A stretch of DNA of 64,000 bases. Origin: Ginglymostoma cirratum (taxonomy: Eukaryota). Shown here one piece after another: positions 14,000 through 26,329 of this stretch (positions within the stretch are counted from its first letter, which is position 1; each line of letters begins with the position of its first letter). A program made the position numbers and the translations under genes. Where the stretch lies: contig JAHRHZ010000085.1 of NCBI GenBank assembly GCA_024137785.1, positions 3,451,770-3,515,769 of the forward strand, written 5' to 3'. The notes below the pieces were generated by a model that was given only the letters and a program-made list of their open reading frames with translations, made no database searches and had not been told where the DNA came from.

Positions 14000-14545
14000 T
14001 TGTACAGGACTTTGGTGAGGCCACTTTGGGATTACTGTGCACAATTCAGGAAGAATATTATTAAATTGGAGAAGGTGCAGAACAGATTTAAAAGGATGTT
14101 ACTGGGACTGGAGCAGTTGAGTTATGAGGAGAGACTGGATAGGCTGGGACTTTTTCACTGGAGCATGGGAGGCTGAGGGGTGATGTTATAAATGATTATG
14201 AAATCATGTTTCGATGAGGTGAATAGCAAAGGACTTTTCCCTCGGGTAGGGGAATTCAAACCTTGGAATCAGATTTTAAGGTGAGAGCAGAAAGATTTTA
14301 GAGGGACCTGGGAGACATCATTTTTCACACAGAGTGGGGTTCATTATCGAATAAACTGCCAGACGAAGTGATAGATGCAGATTGAGTTGCACAATTTAAT
14401 GGATATTTGGACAGCTACATGAATAGGAATGGTTTTATGGAATATGGGCCGAGTGCAGGCAAATGGGACTAGTTTGGTTTGGAAAACTTGATCAGAATGG
14501 ACATGTTGGACCAAACGGTTTGTTTCCGTCCTCCATGACTCGATG
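14000..14545 (+). mobile_element. CR1 LINE 3' end
   Basis: LYRTLVRPLWDYCAQF..LEKVQNRFKRML..YEERLDRLGLF followed by a CR1 3' UTR. Confidence 0.88.
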
Positions 14546-14559
14546 GAAAAAATAATCAA

Positions 14560-15100
14560 CTAAAGATGAGGGAACAGTGACAGGTCTTGATATCAAGGCT
14601 GCATTTGACTGGGTTTGGCATCAATGATCCCACACAAAACTGAAGGAAATGAGAATTGAGGGAAATCCCCATTGGTTAGAGTCATAAGTAGCATGCAGGA
14701 AGATGGGCCAGATTGTTGGAATTCAGTCATCTCAAATCTAGGATGTCTCTGATGGTGGCCCTTGGGTTAGATTCCTTGGCCCAAACATCTTCACGTCCTT
14801 CATCAAAGACCTTCCCTCCACTATTACACCAGTGTTAGGGACATTCACTGATAACTGCACAATAATCAGCAGCATTTACATGGCTTCAGTTACTGGAAGA
14901 GTCCAAGTGCAAATGTGGTAAAACCTGAACAATGTCCAGGTTTGCGCTGACAAATCCATGAATCTTTGAAGATCACCTTCCAAATCCATACCCACTGCTG
15001 TCCAAAATAACAGGACAGCAGATACATGGGAACACAAACACCTGTATATTGCCCTCTATCTGATTTGGAAAGTTTTCATGGGTCCTTCAGTGTTGCTGTG
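14560..15100 (+). mobile_element. CR1-group LINE RT fragment
   Basis: LDIKAAFDWVWH and FTDNCT motifs, decayed. Confidence 0.7.
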
Positions 15101-15279
15101 GTAATGGGAGATGAGACAGTGGCTCAGTGACGAGCACAGTGCCAGGACCCGGTTTCGAAACATCAGATTTCCTGCTCCTCTGATGCTGCTTGGTCTGCTG
15201 TGTTCATTCAGCTCTACACCTTGTTATCTCAAATAATTCTATCAGTTTATTTATCGATGTCATCACGAGGTTCCAATTG

Positions 15280-15565
15280 TGTGGCATGGTGGCACAGTCA
15301 TTAGCCTCACAGCGCCTGCGACTGGGGTTCGATTCCAGCTTCGGACGACTGTCTGTGTGGAGTTTGCATATACTCCCCATGTCTGTGTGAGTTTCCTGCC
15401 ACAGCCCAAAGATGTGCGGGTTAGGTGGATTGGCCTGGTGTCTGTAGGAGAGGTGGGTGAGCCATGGCAAATGTGGGGTTACGGGGACTGGGTGGGACGC
15501 TCTTTGCAGCATCTGTGTAGACTCGATGGGCGAAAGGGCCTCACACCACACTGGAGGGATTACAT
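15280..15565 (+). mobile_element. V-SINE (HE1-like)
   Basis: Head ggcatggtggcacagt...GGTTCGATTCC and V-domain. Confidence 0.85.
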
Positions 15566-16744
15566 GATTTAAAGACAGGAACAATTTATTTAATGTCTGG
15601 ACAACACCAGGGCTTATTAAATAATTGAAGTAAATAATATATTTAATGAATATTCAGTCTGGCCATGGGGTGGGATGTTCATCTCAATGCCAGTGTACCG
15701 TCGATGGGCCGAATGGGGTCTTTCTGCACTATAGCGATTCTAAGCTGATGTCTTGTCGAAAAACATAATTTATTAACGTTCGGCGATAGATTATCCGTGA
15801 AAGAATAAACAAAGTTGACGCATGTTCCTAACGTGCTATAATTCCTAAAATTTTGAGGTCGACTTATTCAGAAAGCCTTGCGCTGGATACTCCCATTATT
15901 ATCTAACATGAGAGCATGTCGTGAGAAACACGGGATAATATTTTGAAGGCCAGGCAGCATCAGAGGGGCAGGAAAGCTGACGTTCGAGTCGGGACCCTGC
16001 TGCTCTGATACTGCCTGGCCTGCCGTGTTCGTCCAGGTCCACACTCCATTATCTGGCTGCATTCTGAATCCGCCGTGGACAACATGGCGCAGATAAATCG
16101 AGTGGGCAGTTGGGGAGGGAATACAGGAGGGTTTCAGAAACAGGGCAGGGGGTCGCTCTTTGTTGATCCATATCGTTGCTTGGAAGTGCATTACTTCCCT
16201 GGAAACAGTAGAATTCAGGAGTTTGCCAAAATCTCGCGACTTGCCTGAATGGCTACAGCTCCCACAGAACTGAGAAGGACGGCATCAGGATAATGTAATG
16301 AAACTGACAGACAAGACATTCATTGTCTTATAGCTTCAAGAAAGAAACACTGTCTCTGAGATTAATTGTCAGGGATTCCCCAAAGCAGTGAATAAACAAA
16401 ATGTTATTCACTATTATGTATTTGCCCTGGACATGTTAATTGAACTCATCTCAGTTTACGTCTAAATGCGCTTCGTAACGAAAGAGCTGAAGCAGACTGA
16501 AGCAATGACTGATCTACAACTTTACATGCGTTCCAACACCATGGTCAGCCTTGGATTCGATGGATGTCTGAGCTAAATGTTCAGTGCAGCGTTTTTGTAA
16601 ACCTCAGTGGGTGTCTCCGCCAGAGAAATTGGAAACTTTTTCCCACGACTGCTCGAAACATCAACAAAATTATGCAAATCCACATCACTCAACAAGCAGC
16701 GTGCAAGCAACTTCACTTAATGAGACAAACGGCAACCTGCAAGA

Positions 16745-16940
16745 AATGTCAAAAGTCAGACGACAGCAGGTCATTGTCTAACAGATTTATTTGAAATCAC
16801 AAGCTTTCGTTTCGCTGCTGCTTCCTCAGGTGATGGGCAACGCTCTGAAAGCTTGTCAAATACACCTGTTGGACGATAACCTGATGTCTTGCGACTTCTG
16901 ACTTTGTCCACCTGAATCTATCACGGGTACCTCCACCGCA
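16745..16940. repeat. Fold-back element made of two inverted PLE terminal repeats
   Basis: Arms aaagtcaga..cagg..aacagatttatttga..caagctttc and gaaagcttgtcaaatacacctgtt..cctg..tctgacttt. Confidence 0.7.
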
Positions 16941-17084
16941 AGAAATAAAAATATAGCTTTTTTACACAATTAAGTCTTTGGTAGAAGAGCCAGGTGAAAT
17001 ATTCAGTTGAATGAATGACTTACATCAGTTACTTACCAACTCCTGGTATCTTTCAAACTCTAATTAAATTACAAATGGCTTTGA

Positions 17085-17358
17085 ATCATAGAATCCCTAT
17101 AGTGTAGTGCATCGACCCTCTGAAGAGCATCGCGCCCTATTGCCGTTACCCCACCACATCTCCACCCCACATTCCCACGGCTAACCCACCTTTACCCGCA
17201 TATGCCCGGACACTGCGGACAATGACCAACCCACCGAACCTGCGCATCCTTGGGCTGCGGGAGGAAACGGCAAAAACCCACACAGACAGTCACCATCTCG
17301 AAAACGGGTCCCTGGCACTGGGAGGTAACAGTGCTAACAACTGAGCCACCGTGCCACC
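17085..17358 (-). mobile_element. V-SINE (HE1-like), internally deleted
   Basis: Head tggcacggtggctcagttgttagcactg on the minus strand, with a CR1-like tail. Confidence 0.8.
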
Positions 17359-17681
17359 AAAACATGTGTTTTCTTTGAAAGGGCCTGAGTTGTATCCTGC
17401 GGCTGAATTGAAATTCGGAGAAAAATGTTCTCAAAGAAACGATATTATCATTACGTGGACGCGGGTAAAAAATTAAAGGATCGAGTTTTGGATTGGTCCG
17501 GCCGATATTGCACCCAAGTCTGGTGGGTCATGTGAGTGGAGACGGACTCTGACAGTAGTTTCACCATCTCGGGTTAGATTTTGCTATAACTGCTGTTGTC
17601 AGTATTTGTTATCATTTCCGCTCACTGCTACTACAACAAGATCTCATATGAAAACACATGCATGTTGTGCACTCGGCAAGG

Positions 17682-17706
17682 AATTAGTCACGTGCGTATT
17701 GACGTC
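17682..17706 (+). promoter_or_regulatory. Conserved proximal promoter block of copy B (AP-1-like TTAGTCA overlapping E-box CACGTG, plus CRE-like TGACGTC)
   Basis: About 80-100 nt upstream of the leader ATG. A homologous block lies at the same position in copy C (60428-60450). Confidence 0.5.
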
Positions 17707-17786
17707 GTGCAGACGCAAGTGATTAAAATCGATGCATAACTGATGTTCCAACAAACTTTCATCAGTTCACTTTTTATATTCATTGT

Positions 17787-17868
17787 ATGATCTGCCAGAT
17801 TTTCTTTGTCGCTATGTTTGTGAGTGAATCATTGTGGAACTCATGTTTGTTGTACATTTCATATCCAG
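17787..17868 (+). CDS. Copy B: leader exon
   Basis: MICQIFFVAMFVSESLWNSCLLYISYP G|gtacag, phase 1, about 300 nt before the V exon. Homologous to 60264-60347. Confidence 0.65.
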
Positions 17869-18171
17869 GTACAGGTTTCTTCTGGCAGTGTTTGAAATGT
17901 TCTTTATCAAGACAGAAGAACAATTGAACTGACATTTGACGGACAATCGGAGACTTTTACCACATGTCTTTCACATCAGTTTTGCTTGTCCTACGAATCC
18001 TCTTGATAAGTGAAAACAGTACAGTTAGGGCATAAATTCAGATAGTGGAGCAGAGTTTAAAAAGCAAGACATGCCAAATTGCTCCTGTCTGAGTGTATTT
18101 GATTAATTATGTTATTTCATGGTGCAGTCCATCTTCCCTATTTAATCAGGGTATATTTCTTTTGTTAACAG

Positions 18172-18474
18172 TTGTGTGTGCACTTTGATCAATGCTCCTC
18201 TGGATATTATGCAAACAAAGGCCCTGATAAATACAACAGCGATGCAACTTCTCCTTCGAACTCAACCTTTCAAACATAACGGTTTTCTGGTGGCGGGAAG
18301 GTCATAAGATGCTTCTGAAGGAAGACAGCAAAAAGCCCCTCAAAGTCATGAAACGAAGAGCCTACCTTCATCTCTTCAATGTGACTGTCCTGGATGCTGG
18401 AATATATTACTGTATAGCCACAAATCAGCACAGAACGGTCGATGACAAACACGCTGCGCAACTTGTTGTCTACG
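18172..18474 (+). pseudogene. Copy B: IgV exon, 5' part out of frame
   Basis: Flanked by aacag| and |gttagt. Open from 18243: CNFSFELNLSNITVFWWREG..AYLHLFNVTVLDAGIYYCIATNQHRTVDDKHAAQLVVY. The first 70 nt contain in-frame stops, explained by two compensating frameshifts. Confidence 0.9.
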
Positions 18475-19151
18475 GTTAGTGTTACCATGGTAAACGTTCG
18501 GCCTTAGTTCCAATGGACAGTGAACGTGAGTTAGTAATTACATTTTCTTAAATATAAGTGAATATAAATCATTCACTTCTTTGGAACAACATGTTCAATA
18601 ATATGGAAACAAAAACAGAGGATCATCAGCGACACTGCACAGTTTAGCAATTGCACTCTGTCAGCACATGATCTTGGAATTTGTGTTGCATTGAAAGCTA
18701 ATGTAAGAATTCCAGGAGAAGCACTTTTTACGATTTAATCATGGAGTAACAGAATGAATTCCCTGGAGGTTATCAGCAATATTAAGCACTTTAAATGTCA
18801 TTTTATTTTCAACTTTGAAAAGCCAAATTCCTGTTCCCCTCATTTTCTGTGATTCCGTTGCCAAGCCGCTGATTGCAAGGAGGGTACAGTATGAAAACTC
18901 AAAGATATTTGTATTAATTAATATAGACACAACGTAGTATCCAATTTTGCTGAACATAAAGGTGATGTATCAATTGCATTAGAAGGTCGCTACATGATAA
19001 TAGTCATAGCAACCCCTACCAATGTAAATAATGACGATCAATGCAGCTGCTATACCGATAAGTAGGAGTTGGTTAGTTCAATAAACAGTTTAAGTTTTGG
19101 AGTAGAAGTGTAATGTCCGCATTTATTTATATGTTGTTATTTACTATGCAG

Positions 19152-19457
19152 CTTCACCAGCTCCTCGAAAACTTGTATCAATACGTTCTGAAGACACTTC
19201 ATCTGTTTCTTTCAAGCTGCAATGCAGGACATCTTGCTTTTATCCAGAAGACTATAACCTTACTTGGCACAGAAACGGTACACAAATCACCACTGGATTT
19301 AGAAATGTAAAACAGGCAAAAGGTGACGGACTTTATGAAGTGGTCAGCTCCGTGGATGTGCCAAATACACCCGAAAGTGACACAGTCTACATGTGTCAAC
19401 TGCATCACGTTTCGATCACATTTCCAGTTAATGCCAGCTACTCTGTTACAAAAGAAG
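19152..19457 (+). CDS. Copy B: IgC1 exon, intact
   Basis: Flanked by tgcag| and |gtaaga, 306 nt, phase 1/1. SPAPRKLV..LQCRTSCFYPEDYNLTWHRNG..DGLYEVVSSV..YMCQLHH..VTKE. Not shown in the ORF track. Confidence 0.92.
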
Positions 19458-19949
19458 GTAAGATTGTATGACACGGTGTACATTAATCTTTCAGATCTTG
19501 TTTTAAAAGGTTGACAAAGAAGAAAGTGAGTCCTACAGTCAACTGCCTTTAATTGTGTCAATCCATAAATTTGGCATTATCTGGTTAAAGGTTTACTTTC
19601 TTCAGCTTATTCCGAACATGTGCAGTTTCTTGTCGCATTGCAGACAGCCAATAATGGATATTCGTCATGGAGATGTCCAATAATTTAGACTAAATACACA
19701 ATGTTGCAATTCATTTCCGAAGATAAGTTCAGTGTTAAATTCAAAAACTGGAAATGTTATAAAGGGGCAATGTGAATAGCGAGGAAGATCAACAAATGTG
19801 GAGCGGCAAACGCTCGAAAGGTTTCGGCTGGAAACGATGACTTTCCTGCTTCTCGCGTGCTGTCTGACCTGCTGTGTTTTTCCAGCTCCACATTTATTGA
19901 TTGCAGCTTCCAGCATCTCCAGTCCTTACCGTCTGTGAGAGGGATATCA

Positions 19950-20440
19950 TCAGGTTACACAGCACAGAAAAAGCCCTTTGGACCATAGCGTGCATCCCAC
20001 CTATTTACACTAATCACACTTTCCAGCACTTTGCTCACAGACTTGAATGGAATGACATTTGACGTGCTCGTCCATGTACATTTTTTAAAGCTTTCCAACC
20101 TGCACTATCCTCCCAGGCAGTGCATTCCTTTTACTCAACACCCTTGTGGTGAAAAATCAATCTTCAATTTCGCTCAAAGCCTCTTGCCTTTCCCTGCACA
20201 AATTATGCACTCTCTTATTCACACTTAAACGAAAGAGAACAGTTGCTTTTAATCCACCCTGTCCATGCCTTCATAATCGTATACACCTCAATCAGGGCTC
20301 CCCACAACCTTTTCTTCTCCAAAGAAAACAGTCCGTGCTCCTCCAGAAACATCACAGCTAACATGTTCCAAACCAGACAGCATCCTTGTGAATCTCTTCT
20401 CTACCCTCCCCAGTGCAATCAAATCTTTCCGTATTGTTGG
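19950..20440 (-). mobile_element. Decayed CR1 3' fragment
   Basis: Similar to the other CR1 3' ends in the window. Confidence 0.6.
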
Positions 20441-20461
20441 ACCGAAAGAATCTAACAGATT

Positions 20462-21035
20462 ACTTTAAGGTCTGATTGAAATGATTACAAGAAGACATGC
20501 GCACTCATTGTATAGCTAATTTATTTGGTTCATACTTCGTATTTATATGAATTAAAAGTTGACCTTTTAAATTGTGGATATATATTAAAGTGAAATGGTT
20601 AGGTTAAACTACACAGATATATGATAAACATATGATTCTCATACTGCCTTTCGGACTCGGCCGGGACTTTGGCGATGACAGCAATTGGAACTCTATCTCA
20701 GATTCAACGGTGCTCATCTCACGAACTCCAGCCCAACGGGGAAGTCCAATGACTGGGACAAAGTCCCCAGTGTTTATACTGTTACGAATCAACTGTTACA
20801 TTGTATAGCGCCATTTCATAGTACTTACAGTATTTTTCCTGGTATTACACTGTACAGAAAACAAGCTGGAAAGAAATCCTCCAGATGGCTCCTTTTTAAC
20901 TGCACATTATTCTGTTTCCCACCCAGCCAAGGTCATGCAGTTACCTCCCAGCCAAAGAAGGCAGATTTTACTCGAAACCTGTCATTTTCCACTTGTCTTC
21001 AATTGCTGATTTTCATGCCCAATTAACCCTGAATG
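20462..21035 (-). repeat. 3' LTR of an endogenous retrovirus
   Basis: Diverged direct repeat of 25748-26272 (actgcctttc..actttggcgatg..aagtccaatga..caaagtcccc..ccaattaacc). Confidence 0.75.
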
Positions 21036-24000
21036 ATTAACACTGAATGGTTTGATTTGGTGACGTCATTTTTAAGCTCACACGACACAACATCCATTGA
21101 TGTTTTCAAACTAGATTATCAAAACATTACACAAGCATGTACATGCTGCTCAGTATCTACAATTTGGTTAGACACACAACGTCGTTTTCAGACCATTACA
21201 CAGGTATATAAAAACAAGAAACGAGCAATTAAAAATAATATAAACAATTGGATACTGTAACAGGTAGCGTACTGCTGAAGCTTTTGGTGTCCACCTGTCA
21301 AATACGACCCACTAATGATGCATGGTAAGGGTTCCTAAATTGCCTGCTTTGCGAATCAATTGATCATGGCTGTAAGTCATGGCAGTTTCTTGACGTAAGA
21401 AGCCCTGGTGTATTGTTGCCAAGTGAAAAATAATCTGTTGATGATTGGCAAGAAGAGCTTGCAATTTCTTAAATATCACATGCGGAGATACCCTACTCGA
21501 TACACAGTTATCGAATCTCATTCGTTGATTATATGGTGTTTATATCTCATTTCCTCACAGATAATACGTGTTTTGTCCCGAAGTAGGTTGGCAGATTGTT
21601 CCTCTCTCTTCTCATTGAGGTCGACAATATGAGGGCTGGAAACAAATTTGTGGTTCAGGCCAATTTCTTCGATGATTGTATCATGTTTCAAAGGTAGGGA
21701 AATATAAGGGGCACACCAAGCCTCCTGGCTATTGTTCCCGGTGGGTCTACTTGTTGTTGTCCAGCCGTTTCTCAGAAAACACAGGTGTCCGTGACATATC
21801 CAAGACAGATGAGGTAGGGTGATAGACTGATACCATATTTGCTGCTACGTTTTTTTTTTAAAGATAGCATGACATGCTGTGACAGCGTAATGACCAATTA
21901 ACATATCAGGCATAAATCTTAAGTTGGTAATGGTGACGTGAAATATTTGTTTCCAAGACAACAGGTGTCCGGATGGCAATGCATTGGTTACTTTGACATC
22001 AATGTGCTAAAATATACAGCTCGAGCAGATTACAATGTATTCAGTTAGCTTCAGCACTGAGATTTATCTGGGTGTAATACATTTCCGAAATGGTGCTATT
22101 AGCAAACTTCCACACTTTATCAGTCAAAAACCTATTTGCCAAATCTCGATGGGTAAATGGTTTGGCACACACAACAAATAGTTTAATAGTTTTCTTAGTT
22201 ACTTGCCCAGCTTTAGCAATTCTATTTTATATAGTCTCAATGCCCATGGAAGTTCACACAACTTTTCCCGCCTCTGCTCTACCGAGAATAGTGACGAGTA
22301 CATTTCTCCTGCATCGCCTCTGTAATGTTTATCGTGGGTATACCGAGAGGCAATGGGAAGGTTATTTATTTCAATTAGTTATCTCCACTGTCGCAGTTAA
22401 AACAATATTCGGTTTGGGGTGCAGGTGTCATACAAGTACTGAAGTTGGAGAAACTGTATAGAATTTAATGGAGCTGAATTCATGGCTCACCATAATAATC
22501 CCCAAGGCGGTTTGACACAGCAGCTGATCACCCAGCATATGAGCCACCGCCAGGCAACCTCTCTCTCAGGAGCTGTACCTCAAAGTCAGAGTAAGAAATC
22601 ACTTCAATGGTGAGGTTTAATTAGATTAAGTGAGGGACATGCCTTCTTCAATAACCTCACATCGCTATAACTCTTTGGGCCATTTCTTTTGCGGTCCGGG
22701 CTTGCAACTCACTGATTTTATTTCTCACATTGTCAGGAATCACACCCTCTCCCCGACCCATTTTATTCTCAGCAAAATAACACACCGGCTTGGTCCCTGG
22801 ATTTCTTTAGAATTGATTTCCCAGCCTTTATTCCGTAGGTCCTGAGTCAAAGTAACTATGTCTTCGGCTATTGCTTCCTCTGAAGGGCCATGTAGCAATA
22901 TATCATCAATATAAGGGGATGTTATATCGCTGGAGAGAGAGGACATCTCCAAATCCTGGCTATTAAACCATGGCAGAGAATGGGAATGTGCAAGTAGCCC
23001 CGCACAACCTGCAAATTGTCTGCTTTCTGCCCTCCTGTGTGAAAGCAAAGTGATTCTGTGAATTCCCATCAAGGAAATGAAAGTATTAGGGAGGTAGATT
23101 CTGGCAAACCATTCATCAGTTCCCAATGACAGTTGCTCCGGTAATGTTACAATCTCTGGGAGAGCCAATGCCAAAGATGGGGTCTGTTGGCTTAACCGTC
23201 AGTCATCTACCGTCATTCTCCAGTTACCACCTGGTTTCTGTACTGACCACACAAGGCAGATATACAGGAAGACGGCAGGTCATGCAACCTTTGCTGTCAC
23301 TGACCCTTCAATTGTGTCTGTGATCTCCTTGTGCCCTCAATACTGCTTACCGTTAACAATTCGTGAAGGAATGGAATGTATTGGAGTCGCAATTAGCTTT
23401 CTCAACTATTGCATTCATCCTTCATTCACCAAAACAAGACTTTCCAATTGGGGTACATATTTCTATCCCTTAACAACATCCATCCCGACAATATTTTTGT
23501 TTATACTGCATATTAACACAGATACCATCCGCGGTGGTCTATTCCCCTTTGCCAATCACACCAGTGCCCAAAGCGCCCATGGTTCTGTTCTCTCAAATCT
23601 ATTCATAATCATTTCAGTTCGCAGATTTCTGGACGGTATTGAGCAAGAGCACAACGTGCTGTTTGTTTCCATTTCTCCAATGAATTCTGCTAGAGATGTA
23701 TTGCCTCTGGACCCCTGAGTCGATTCCCACTATTGGTCACATCTCAGTGTGCCGGCAACCTTCCCAGTCCAGGGAATTACTCACTCTCCACATCTCCTCC
23801 AGCTCCTCTCATGTAGGGTACAGAAGGAACTCTGACATATCCGCCTTTTTTTCTGAGAAAGAGCATCTAAATCAGAATTGGGGTCTCACATCATGGGAGG
23901 GGTCGATGAGTTTTCAACCCCGGTTCTAAGGGGCAGTTCTGAGGAAGGGTCACTGGACCTGAAACGTTAACAAAAACAAAGTTGCTGGAAAAACTCAGCA

Positions 24001-25745
24001 GGTCTGGCAGCATCTGTGGAGGAGAAAACAGAGTTAACATTTCGGGTCCAGTGACCCTTCCTCAGAACTGGTGGTGTCTGGGAAACGTCAGTTTATATGG
24101 AGAAAATAGGGAGGTGTGTGGTGCAGGGAGTAAACGATAGGATAGAGCCCAAAGCTAGAGAAAGACAGTTGGACAGACAAAAGAGTTGCAAACGATCCGA
24201 CTGGGAGGGTGAATAGTTGTTAATGGGGACTGTTAGTGACTAACAACAGCGGGTGTGTAATGGCAGGCTATGTGGTAACAAGGCCTGGTGTGTGGGTTTG
24301 GGGGTCTGCAACATGGGAGAGTTAGGCCCTAAAAATTATTGAACTCAATATTGAGTCCAGAGGGCTGTATGGTCCCCAAGCGGAAAATGAGGCGTTGTTC
24401 CTCCAGCTTGCCGTGGGCTTCACTGTGTCAGTGTAGCAAGCCGGAGACAGAGATGTTGGCCAGGGAGCAAGATGGTTCATTGAAGTGGCAAGGAACAGGT
24501 AGTTCAGGGTCCTTTTTGCGAGCAGAACGTAATAGTTCCGCGAAGCAGACGCCAAGTCTCTGCTTCATTTCCCCAATGTAGAGGAGACTACATTGTGAGC
24601 AGCGAATGCTGGAGATTAGATTCTTGAAAGTGCAGGTGAAGTGTTGCTTCACCTGGTAGGTATGTTTGGGCCCTTGGATACTGTGGAGGGATGAGGTAAA
24701 AGCGCAGGTGTTGTACCTTCGCCAGTTCCAGGAGAAGGTGCCATAGGGCAGTGGGGAGGTTTTGGGGGTGAAGGAAGTGTGGACCAGGGTGTCCCAGAGG
24801 GAACGGTCCCTGCGGAAGGCGGACAAGGGAGGGGAAGGGAATATATGTCTGGTGGTGACATCTTGCTGTAGGTGCCGGAAATGGTGTCTGATGATCTTTT
24901 GGATGTGGATGCTAGTGGGATGGGAGGTGAGGATAAGGGGAACCCTATCGCTGTTGCAGGAGGGAAGATAAGGGGTGAGGGCAGAAGTGTAGGAGATGGG
25001 TTGGACTCGATTGGGGGTACAGTCGACAACGGGCCAAAATGTGAACTCTGTTTCCTCCTTCACAGACGATGCCAGGCCTGCTGAGCTTTTCCAGCAACTT
25101 TGTTTTTGTTGCAGGTTTTACAGTTTGACTGTCTGTTCTTACCAGCTGGGCAGTTAGACACACCAATGTTCTGCCCTTCTCACATTCCGACCACTTAATC
25201 TGCTCTGTCAACACCCTTTCTCCCCAAGCACTTCCCCCCCACCCCCACACCCACCCACCATTGTATAAATGCTGTCCCCTCTCGGCTTCACCAGCTCTGA
25301 TGAATGGTTGTCTTGACCCGAAACGTTAGCTTGCTCTCTCTCCATGGATGCTGCCAGACCTGCTGTGATTTCCATTACTTTTTGTTTTTGTTGCGGGCTG
25401 TACTAGTCTGCTTCTACTCGGCTTTATATGTTCTTTCCTGAGTGGTCGAAGCCGCCGTCGCCAGCCCAGCGGTCAATGTCCTGGTCACCTCCTTTAAATA
25501 TCGCACCTCCTGGGGCAGCAGACGGGAGGCTGCTCAGCAGGATCCACCCCATGTGGTTGACGCCCTTGGTTTGGAAGGGTCTAGGCCCGAAACGTCACCG
25601 TTCTTCTCCTCTGATGCTGCTTGGCCTGCTATGTTCATCCAGCTCTCCACCTTGTTATCTCAGATTCTTCAGCATCTGCAGTTCCTACTATCTCTATTAC
25701 AGGACCATCCCGGGACACAGAATGCTTCAACAGACAAAGTAACTG
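21035..25745 (-). mobile_element. ERV-L/class III-like endogenous retrovirus internal region (decayed gag-pro-pol) with nested PLEs
   Basis: ORF 22740-23174 has YIDDILL..LRNKGWEINSKEIQGPSRCVILLRIKW (ERV-L-type RT). A GWILLSSLRLL gag-like start lies near 25500-25550. Flanked by the LTR pair. Confidence 0.78.
23935..25390 (-). mobile_element. Penelope-like element 3' part (GIY-YIG endonuclease) with terminal repeats, nested in the ERV
   Basis: ORF 24428-25063 has RVPLILTSHP..CSQCSLLYIGEMKQRL. Same family as 40740-41930. Confidence 0.9.
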
Positions 25746-25747
25746 CC

Positions 25748-26272
25748 TCTTTAAATTCTGGTAAAAATGAGTACTAATGTACTTCAATATATATAATTTA
25801 TTGTGTTATAATACTTTACATATCTGAATTACAGCTGTTCGTTTACACTACAAATATATATATTAAAGCTAATTTGTGACGTTAACCTACTGAGATATAT
25901 ATTCAACATGTGAGCTTCACACTGCCTTTCCTCTCCCCGGGAACTTTGGCGATGGCGGTGCTTGAAGCTCTATTTCCGGTTCCACGGCACCTGTCTCACG
26001 CCCAACAGTGAAAGTCCAATGAGTGGGGCAAAGTCCCCGATATTACGCCTGCTCTGAATCTAATGTTACACGCTGATTCACTCTTTTGTCGTATTTTCAG
26101 CTCGTTCCCACGCAGCCCACTGGACAAAAACAGGCTGAGAACACTTTCAAAGAGGTTCCTTTTTAAGTCCACAATATTATGTGTCGCTCCAAGCCAAAAG
26201 AGGCTGTTTTGCAGAAATCTTGTACTTTTGCACTTGTCCTCAACTGCACATTGTCATGTCCAATTAACCTTA
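25748..26272 (-). repeat. 5' LTR of the endogenous retrovirus
   Basis: Direct repeat of 20462-21035, upstream of the gag-like sequence on the minus strand. Confidence 0.75.
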
Positions 26273-26329
26273 CGAACCACTCTAATGGTCTATTTCGGAG
26301 ATATCTTTAAGCCCAACTCCACACCTTGC

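Noticed and set aside
9882-19457. Copies A and B as a single V-C1-V-C1 gene
   Set aside because: B has its own leader exon and promoter block, homologous to those of C.
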